This document shows, in pieces, positions 54,637-64,000 of a stretch of 64,000 nucleotides of DNA. Each line of letters opens with the position of its first letter. Positions within the stretch are counted from its first letter, which is position 1. This stretch comes from the human T2T-CHM13v2.0 reference genome, Homo sapiens. The notes below the pieces were generated by a model. That model ran no database searches and was not told the origin of the DNA. It worked only from the letters and a program-made list of their open reading frames with translations. Location: NCBI RefSeq assembly GCF_009914755.1, contig NC_060933.1; one strand, written 5' to 3'. The position numbers were made by a program, and so were the translations under genes.

Positions 54637-55165
54637 GCACACGCAGCACACACAGCACATGCACCACACGTAGCACACACACTGCATGCAGCACACACAC
54701 ACCAGAGGACGCACCACACAGAGCACGCACAGCACACACCACACAGCGCACGCACCACACAGAGCACACGCGGCACACACAGCACACACAGCGCACGCAC
54801 CACGCAGAGCACACACGGCACATGCAGCATACACACCAAACAGCGCACGCACCACACAGAGCACACGCGGCACACGCAGCACACACACCACACAGAGCAC
54901 CTGGAGCACCCACAGCACACACACCACGCAGAGTACACGCGGCACACACACCACACACAGCGCATGCACAACACAGAGCACACACAGCACATGCACCACA
55001 CGTAGCGCGCACACTGCAGGCAGCACACACACCACACACAGCGCGTGCACCACACAGAGCACCTGCGGCACACACAGCACACACCGCACGCACCACACAG
55101 AGCACATGTGGCACACACAGTGCACGCACCACACAGCACCCGCGGCGCACACAGCACACGTGGCA
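54637..55165. repeat. CA-rich degenerate tandem repeat
   Basis: Recurrent cacacagagcac / gcggcacacacagcac / gcgcacgcac motifs; almost no T on the + strand. Confidence 0.93.
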
Positions 55166-56600
55166 TATGGCCTCCATGACCCTGTGTCTTGAGGGCAGGT
55201 CCTACTTTTTGCTTTGTTGTGTTGGAGCGGAATTTCTCCCCTGGCTTCTATTGGAGTCCTAGATTATTTAAATCACTTCCTCTGTTAATTGTGCCTGGAA
55301 TTAACCTGTTAGATTTACTTCCTAGCAGTTAGTTGCTCAGTATGGGTTTCTACACTATTAAAGCAACCTAGCGGTAGTACACAAGGTTTTGTTAGGATAG
55401 CTGTGAGATTTTTTTTCTCTAACAATCATCATTATTTCTGTGTCTGCTCCGTTTTTCTTCAGTGTTTTATATGATATTAATAGGGGATGTCTAATTTTGT
55501 ATCTTTAAAAAAACTTTATCAAATCTGAAGCATTTTTCGTGTTATAGCTTCTCTATAATTTTTCATGGATATTGAATATTTGGTGTTGATATTCTTCACT
55601 CAGTTTTGAACATTGAGTTTTCTTCTAATGTTTTGTGCTTATGAAAACCATTTCTGTGTAACGTGTTTAAGTAGCTTATTTATCTGAAAGAACTCTAATA
55701 ATGAAAAGAAATAAAAAGTTTTTCAGAAGCATGATCATATTCTTCCAGAAGAGTCAGGAACCATGTGTGCCAGGAAAGGGAAACGGGACTGAGCGTCTCG
55801 TAGCGAAACGCCTGCTGCAGACTTGACGCGGCTCCCCTCCAGGACGGGCTGGCGGCACACAGACTGTGCACTTACCTCACTGCCGGCCTCATAATAGTAA
55901 TCAGTGTAAATGGTGTTTCTCTTTCGTTTTGTTATTTCGTGGCGTACGTGTTAAAGTGTGTGAAACTACAAGGCCAGCTAGTCCTTTCATCATTCCCTTT
56001 GGTGCAGGTTTTGGAGCAGCACCACAGGGCACACCCCTCGCCACTCTTTATGGGGAATTTTTGCCCAGGCAGGCAGAGGAGTCATCTTGGTCACAAGTCT
56101 CCCTTTTCCCCCTCCCCAGCATCTTCGATCCTGTCCCCACCCCTCCAGATGCATCCAGGGGTTGCAAGCCTGCCCCCCAACCAGTCCCCGTGAGGAACAG
56201 TGGCCGGGATTGTCCCAGGGCCCCTTCCAGCAGGGGGACCTCCTGACTTGAGAGTCCCCAAAGCCTTCCCAGGGCAGCTAGAATCTGCCTGGAGAGAAGG
56301 GATCTTGTCCCCAAGGGTTAGAGGCAGTAAACTAATAGCAAGGACAGCTGCCTTTAGCAATTGTGTGTGTCGCATGGCCGGTCCCTGCATTTTTCTTCAG
56401 TTCCAAAGCTGCACTGGCATTTTTATGGTCATCTCTGGAGTCCCTTTGATTCAAGAAATTATACCTCTAGGATGCCAACTAAACGAACAACAAACAGAAA
56501 CTCCACCTGTTTGCTAGCATAACAGGCGTGAAGGCGGCAGTGTCGCCGGCGTCCTTCCGCGGAAGCCCAGTGTGTGCAGACAGCACGGGGTGGCGCTGCT

Positions 56601-56697
56601 CTCAGGTGCTCTGGCTGCTTGGGTTCCTGGCATGCTGATTTGTGACTTAAGATTAAAATCACATTGCCAGGGATTACCACGCAACCACGACCTTGGC
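56601..56697 (+). ncRNA. MIR23B: mir-23b hairpin (5p 56620-56641; 3p AUCACAUUGCCAGGGAUUACC from 56658)
   Basis: Exact mature sequence; complementary arms; apical UGUG at 56641-56644; CNNC (CTGC) at 56697-56700. Confidence 0.99.
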
Positions 56698-56837
56698 TGC
56701 TCCTCCAGAAACCGTGGTCGCGCTCACTGCAGATTGGAGAACAGGTGCATCTCGTAGCTCTTCTTTGGAAACAAAAGAAGCCACCAGCTGAGGAAGATGC
56801 TCACCGGTCACCGTCCCTTTATTTATGCCCAGCGATG

Positions 56838-56934
56838 ACCTCTCTAACAAGGTGCAGAGCTTAGCTGATTGGTGAACAGTGATTGGTTTCCGCTTTGTTC
56901 ACAGTGGCTAAGTTCTGCACCTGAAGAGAAGGTG
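56838..56934 (+). ncRNA. MIR27B: mir-27b hairpin (5p 56856-56877; 3p UUCACAGUGGCUAAGUUCUGC 56898-56918)
   Basis: Exact mature miR-27b-3p and -5p sequences in a fold-back. Confidence 0.99.
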
Positions 56935-57406
56935 AGATGGGGACAGTTAAGTTGGAGCCGCTGGGGCAGAGGCCGTTGCTGACGGGCCGGCCGCTGCTGC
57001 ACAGTCAGCTTGGGTGCGGAGCGCGATCCTGGAGGATGAGAGACCACTTGACCCCAAGGATGCACTGTCTCCTGCTGGGAATGCTAGCCATGTACTGAGT
57101 CCTTAAGTCTGTCCACAGAAACATCCACTAATCGGACATCTGTCTGAAAGGTCAAATGTATTGAAAGTTGCAAAAATTCTTCTTACAAAAAACTAAAACC
57201 AAATGCATCACCTAAGTCGTGTGAAATCATGTGGTAGCTCATGGCTGTGAGCGGGGCGGGGCGGGGCTTTCGGAGGAGCTCCTGTTGTTCTGGGCGCGGT
57301 GAACTCTCTCTTGTATTTGCAGTCCAGGCCTTCGCGTCTCCTGCGCCAGCAGACGGTGCCCACGGAGCTCCCAGCTGAGGCGCTGCTTCTCCGGGCTGTC
57401 GATTGG

Positions 57407-57487
57407 ACCCGCCCTCCGGTGCCTACTGAGCTGATATCAGTTCTCATTTTACACACTGGCTCAGTTCAGCAGGAACAGGAGTCGAGC
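57407..57487 (-). ncRNA. MIR3074: mir-3074, antisense hairpin overlapping mir-24-1
   Basis: Reverse complement reads GCUCGACUCCUGUUCCUGCUGAACUGAGCCAG..., the recalled mir-3074 precursor. Confidence 0.85.
57414..57481 (+). ncRNA. MIR24-1: mir-24-1 hairpin (5p 57420-57441; 3p UGGCUCAGUUCAGCAGGAACAG 57457-57478)
   Basis: Exact mature miR-24-3p; 5p arm UGCCUACUGAGCUGAUAUCAGU is the 24-1 paralogue; cluster order 23b-27b-24-1. Confidence 0.99.
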
Positions 57488-58074
57488 CCTTGAGCAAAAA
57501 GCCTTCGTGTCTGTAAGTGCCCGAGGCTCAGGAGAGCTGGGGCTCCCACTCGCGGCAGACAGGCCCGCGTCCACCCTGCGTCCACCCCGGCCCGGCGGCA
57601 GCACGGTGCCAGTCATCTGCATGTGCTCCTGCGGCGTGGGGGTTTGTAGACTTGGAAAACCCTGTTGGCAGAAAGTTAAGAGCTCCCAGGCCTGAAGGCA
57701 GGACACAGTGCCAGCAGGGGGCCGTTTGCCCCCATGTGTAAGGGAGGCAGGGCCCAGCTCTCCCACGGCGAGGTGAGCTGAGACTTTCTGAGAACAGTTA
57801 GAGTGGGTGCGTGTCTGAAATGGGTACTCCTAGCAGCTATTGTGTACGCAAAGCCTGAGTACAGCCTGCTGGTGTCATGGCCACGTGTGAGCAGGCCAGC
57901 GTCACACGGCTCGCTGTGACCCGTCCCGGAGACTGAAATGGGCCTGGGTCTTCTCCTTGTCCTGTGATTAAAGTCCTCTCTTGAAAGTGGAGAGCAAAGG
58001 CACACAGAGGTGCGCGCTCACAAGAATTCCTCCCGGTGACTGGGTAATCAATGTTACTGCTGTTTCCTTTGCAG

Positions 58075-58550
58075 GAAAGACCACAGCAAGATTCTTTCAT
58101 TCGTCTCCTCCTAGCCTGGGGGACCAGGCTCGAACTGACCCTGGACATCAAAGGAGGGATTATGTGGCTGCTAAAGCCATCGGCCCACAGCCCTGTTCAC
58201 GTCTTGGTGCTTCTCTTTCCCAGAGGCTGGTCCCAGCCAGGCACACACAAAAGGCAGATTCTCGTAAACGCAGCCTCCCTCCCTGGAGGCTGCCTCCTGC
58301 CCTGGATCTGGAGTGGAGCTGCTCTGAGATTTTGAGTTCTTCTGCAGAGATGATTAAATATATCCAAGAGACATTGGAAAACCTGCTGAACATTTTACAT
58401 TGGTCTGCTCAGCACATGGCTGGATGCGGATATTTCTATAATTCCAGAAAGTCACACAGCTCCTCTGTATGAGACCAGTGGGCGCCATTTAAAAGAACAG
58501 GATGAGAATCTAAGATATATTATTAATAAATGTAATGGATTTTTTTTTTG
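58075..58550 (+). other. AOPEP: AOPEP terminal (3' UTR) exon; 3' end approximate
   Basis: Acceptor tgtttcctttgcag|GAAAG at 58074/75; AATAAA at 58525-58530 followed by a T/GT-rich tract. Confidence 0.85.
58525..58530 (+). terminator. Polyadenylation signal AATAAA (a second AATAAA lies at 58590-58595)
   Basis: Canonical hexamer at the end of the terminal exon, followed by tttttttttgtatacgtgtttg. Confidence 0.8.
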
Positions 58551-58595
58551 TATACGTGTTTGCTTCTAAATTTCATACTGTTTAAAAATAATAAA

Positions 58596-59070
<475 letters not shown>

Positions 59071-59561
59071 TCAGGCATCGTGGGAGTCTGGTGGTATGAT
59101 TTTTCTTTCTCCACAAGGTTTAGGGTATAGACAGAAGCTGGGCACTGAGCTTCCTTGGCACTGTCCATGGGGCAGAATGTTTGAAAATGCCTGGAGAAGG
59201 CTGTAGGAACGGGTGCAGCCATGGGCCCTGTGCCAAGTTGGGCTGAGCATGAGTGCACCTGAACACACCCACAGTCTCCTCTGCCTGGCTCCAGGGGGCA
59301 GCACAAATTCTGGCCTGTTTGGGGTGAAGTGGGGCTCTACCATGGATCTCATTAGAAGCTCTGGACTGGGAGGCCTTGGTCTCCAGAACTCTCTTTTCTT
59401 GTCCCAGTGACTGATTCCAGAACGTTCTTAGGATTTGCTCTCTGCTGTCACATGCCTTTGCGTGGGACTGTATAGCTGGCTGTGCCATCGTGGAGGATGG
59501 CTCAGAACTTGACTGTTATGTTTGAATAAATACACGACCGCGGCTTCCTGTGGAGATTTAG

Positions 59562-59932
<371 letters not shown>

Positions 59933-62900
59933 TAAGTGTGTTTGGCTTTCACTGAGGCAGAGCCAGGAAGGACCGTGGGAGTACCGGCCGCACTGCCCTG
60001 CGAGGCTCCCACTCCCACTGTGTGCAGATGCTTGGCACCTGGAGCTCTCAAGAGCTGCGGGTGGCTCACCGGCCCAGTGGTTTGGGGTGACCTTGCTTTT
60101 CCAAAAAGTGAAAGCCATGCTTTATCTTCTTTAGAAACCACTAAAGCAAAGCTGAACTGCTGAATAGGTGGGGTTCTGCACAAAGACCACTAATCCCCTG
60201 GCTCCTGTGAGTCACCGGGTCTTGTGACTTGCTTTGACCACCGGGGATCTGGCCAGTGGGTGGCATAAATTTGGTGGACCTCATCAGAACCGGACATTGC
60301 TGTCACGGATTTGACTGAGGTCCTGCCAGGAGTCGGCCTTTGCTGCCTCCAGACCTGGGGGCACCCTGCCCGTGCTGGGGCTGCCCCTGGAGGTGAGGGA
60401 GGGAGGAAGCCGGAGAGCAGCTCCGCCACTCTCTCCAGGCAGGAGGCTCCCCGAGGCTCTGCAACTGCCCTCGCCGGCATCCTTCACCCGTGCCTCAGCT
60501 GACTCTGAATGGGTTCTGCTAGCTGCTCCTCTGGCATCTCCTAAGAGACTTGAGAGAACCTCCACCCAGGGCCTGGCAGAGAGGCCTCTAGATTCCAGCC
60601 TGAGAGCAAACCGGGGTCTCGGGGTCAGTAGGAGACAGATGTGACCAGTACTCTTCCATTTTTAAGTGAAGTATCACATCAGAAACTAGCTCAGATCAAA
60701 GGGCGTGTGACAACTGAGGCTAGAACGCTCACTGCCTTAGCCCAGCCATAGCACCTTCGGAGAGCAGGGCTGTCTGCACGGGACATAGTAGTTTTGGATG
60801 AAGACGGGCTGTCTGGAAGAGCAGGATGTGGGTGTGCTGGGGAACCTGAGTTCCCACTGTGGATTCATCTGCCAAGTGGCAGGGTTTGAACGCAGGTCCA
60901 CATGGCTCAGAGCTTTCCTCCACGCCACAACGCCTCCCCAGCTGTGGGCCCTTCGTTGACATCTGCTGAAGCCTCCGTGTCCAGGCACTCCTGGGGATAC
61001 TGTCTTGTCACACTCAGCAGCCAAGACTTGAGAGGCCCCCCTGGGCCTTCACTCCTAATCCAGTCTGATGGAAGGGCAGGCTGGGTGGGGGCACGGGCTG
61101 CTTTGGAAAGCATGGAAACCTGAACTTGAATCCGCCAGTTAAGTGCTGTTTCCCAGCCTCAGCTCAGCAGCTCCCCGCGGCCGACCCATGGGTGGGACCT
61201 GTCACAGGTTCTCAGTTAATCAGATGTGAAGATATTAGCTCCCCCCACCCTGCAACAGGCTGTAAGAAACTGACAGGAACAACCTTCTTTACCAACAAGC
61301 CAGCGCCTCCACTGAACAGACGGACCCAGGACTGGAGGGTCCCCACAAGACACATCAGCTTCCTGTCTAGGTAGAAGCCAAGAAACACCTGCTCACAAGG
61401 GGCTTTCTTAGGCTCTAAAATGACTTGCAGATGCCATGGGATGGGGGAGCCCCATGGCTATGCCCTGAGGCTGCGTGGGGCTAAACGGCACTGAAGGGCC
61501 ACTGAGGGGCTGGAGGGCAGAGGCCGCAACACGCCACCCTGGCCCCTGTGGCCTGCAGCCACTAGCAACGTCACAGGGCCATCTGTCCCCTGAGTGGTAG
61601 GTACGAACAGTTAACTGGGTTTGCCAGGTTTAATAAAAGATCAGGGAGAGGCAGCAAGTTAATGGGTTAATTGCCACTGTCCTCCAGGAGAACAAACGGA
61701 TGCCGGGTCCAGTCCTTCCCCCTGAGGCCGCAGAGATGCCAGTGTTTCAGCCCGCAGGAGCCGGGCAGCCCAGTGCAGGGCACTTCTCCAGAGGCCAGCA
61801 CGTTTTAAACCATGTCCCCTGCTGCCGCCTCCGGCTGTCTGAACACAGGCTGCGCCAACCTGTGGCTGGGCCCGGGCCCAGGGCCTGCTGCGGGAGGGGA
61901 GGTAGCCAGGGCATCTGAGGGTGACCCCAGCCCAGAGGGCCCCCCCCTCGAAGGGAGGAAGCAGCAGTGACCACACCCTGCACTTGGTCGCCTGCAGGCC
62001 TCGCCAGCACCCTGGGGCCGGCCTAGAAAGGCAGCCCCTGCCTCCCTGCTGGGGTTGAAGGGACAGGAGGACCTCCCCAGCCCAGGGCTCTGGACCACAG
62101 CCAGGGGTATAAGGGCAGGGAATTCTGGCTGGACAAAGGCAAAAAGTGGGGTGAGGGAGGATACAGGAAAGAAACACCAGGGAAGACGGTCAGGTCCCAG
62201 CTCAGCTTCCTTTGAGGATTAAAGGATTTTAAAGCATTTATGTTTATTGGAATTTCAAACCAAAATACTGAAATAATAGCCTCCATGCTAGGCAAGGTGA
62301 CCTTGCCTGCAGCATGGAGGGAGGCCAGCCACACCCAAGACAGCCCTGACGGAAAACCTGCCCTCAATGACAAAGGGGTCCAGGGAGGCTGCGGCTTCCC
62401 TCCACCTCGATTCAGCCTGCAACAGCCGGTGGCCGGGCCTGGGGGAGGCCGAGGGGAGGGACCTGTGCCGCAGTGACCTCACCAAAGGCAGCTGTGACCC
62501 ACAGAGCAGCTGAAAGCAAGGCCAAGGGCCGCTTTCAAGGGACAGTTTGTTTAGAGTTTCAAGTTCTAGACCAAGCACGTCCTTGTTCTATAGATGGGGC
62601 CAGTGGAGGACTTGTGTGGGTCATGGGTGGGGGTGAGGGGAGGTGCTGGCAGGGAAGGAGGGCTCCTTGGCAAGGCAGTCCCACCCGGCAAGGGGCCACA
62701 GTCTGTCCTGGGAGGCTCCTTCCAAGCAGAACTCTGGGTGCGCAGGGCCCACCACACCCCATTCCCCAGAATAAGCGGGGTGCTGCCTGGCACTTTGTCA
62801 GGGGTTCACATTAAAGTGTGGTGGCTCTTTGGTTAGTTGGTGCCCTTGGGCTGAGCCACTGCAGGCTCACTCTGTGCAGGGCCCAGCCATGACAGTCACT

Positions 62901-63453
62901 GTATAGGGGCACGGAGACGGTGGCCACCCAAGAGGTTTGGGGGAGCTGGAGGTTGAAAGGGCTGCCTGGACCTCCCAGGGTCGTTCCCAGCACCCGCGGG
63001 ACAGTGACCTTGGCCTTGCTGCTTGGGCTCTGGAGATTTACAAGGTGGAAGTGAGGAGAGGCCAGTTGTGACTATTCAGTGGCAGGGTTTTATAGATCTC
63101 TTCCCACCCTCCCTGCTGTCTGGGAGACTGATCACCCGATAGGCATTCCTGTTCCAGTCGGATAACTAGACGGTGTGAGAAAGGCCGGCAGCCGAGCCTG
63201 GGGTGGAAGGAAACCACCGTAAAGCCACAGATGTCCCAAGACCAACTTGGCACGTGTGCATGTGCGCACCCCACCCCAGCAGCCCCCATGGGAGGCCCAG
63301 CCTGAGAAGCCACTCTTGGGGCTGGGGGTGGGAAAAGGGGGTTGATGCCCCGTGGTTCTCACATAGATCCAGAAGAGAAGAAAGGCTGAGAGCTTCGGTC
63401 ACCAGGCTGTGGCCTGAGAGAGTTGCTGATGGCACCAAAAGCCTGTTGAAGGC

Positions 63454-63494
63454 TGTGTGTGTGTGTGTGTGTGTGTGTGCACACACACACACAC
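63454..63494. repeat. (TG)13 joined directly to (CA)7C
   Basis: Read directly; self-complementary. Confidence 0.95.
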
Positions 63495-64000
63495 TAGTAG
63501 GGAGAGGCAGTGCAGGGCTAAATGCAGAAATGCAGAGAAAGACCTCTGACCACACAGTTCTGTCTAGTCCCAACAGCTTACAAGGAACCAGACCGGTCCC
63601 TGCGGTGTTTGTTGAGATAAAACAAGGTCAGGGTTTGGCTTCTCAGCCCCAGGACTTAAAGGGGGTGGGCCCAGGGGGAGCTGCTGTAAAGACCAGAGCC
63701 TCCCACCCCCGCCTGGGCCCACCCAGCATCTGGCTGCTCTGCCACCCCTACCTGACCCTGGCAGTCGCTGAGTGGGGCCTGGGGGCGGGCCTGGGGCTGC
63801 TCCCAGGGGGACTGTCCATTCTGAGTCTCCCACAGGCTCCCCACCTGGGAGAGGAGTGCCCAGCTCTGATCCTGCCTGGGGCCGCCTGCCCAGACAGCTC
63901 ATCTGTGGCTTTGTCTGGGGCACAGAGGCGACTGGGTGTGCACCCTGTGGTTTCCATTTTCTTAAGCTTTCTTTGTGCTCCTTCTGCCTGTAATTTCTTT

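Noticed and set aside
54495-55262. Long Cys/Val-rich and His/Thr-rich ORFs (up to 228 aa) on both strands
   Set aside because: All are translations of the CA/TG repeat, which is stop-poor by composition.
58382-58391. CCTGCTGAAC in the 3' UTR, complementary to miR-24-3p nt 8-17
   Set aside because: No seed pairing, and too short and too 3' for a centred site.
60000-64000. GC-rich downstream region, considered as a possible 3' end of the neighbouring FANCC gene
   Set aside because: No FANCC coding sequence recognised; that gene should end beyond this window.

Overview
Human (or near-identical great-ape) genomic DNA from the 3' end of AOPEP (C9orf3, aminopeptidase O, 9q22.32), + strand, recognised from memory of the protein and miRNA sequences rather than by search. 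The window holds the last three coding exons (32087-32203, 52087-52173, 53968-54108), a non-coding terminal exon (58075-~58550) and long introns. The last intron lies wholly in the 3' UTR and carries the MIR23B-MIR27B-MIR24-1 cluster, with MIR3074 antisense to MIR24-1. MIR6081 lies in an upstream intron. An intragenic CpG island (~19.8-20.45 kb) and other candidate internal promoters/enhancers are present, along with many Alu, L1, MLT1 and MER elements and simple repeats. Almost all ORFs in the supplied track are spurious. I see no evidence of a wholly new gene system. The most interesting leads are: a set of splice sites that could partition the miRNA cluster into separate exons; candidate internal first exons that could uncouple the miRNAs from full-length AOPEP; an alternative C-terminal reading frame in the terminal exon; a MEF2/TEAD motif cluster; and two structurally odd Alus (a quadruplicated 5' head and an internal micro-inversion). 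Repeat subfamily calls and boundaries are by eye and approximate.
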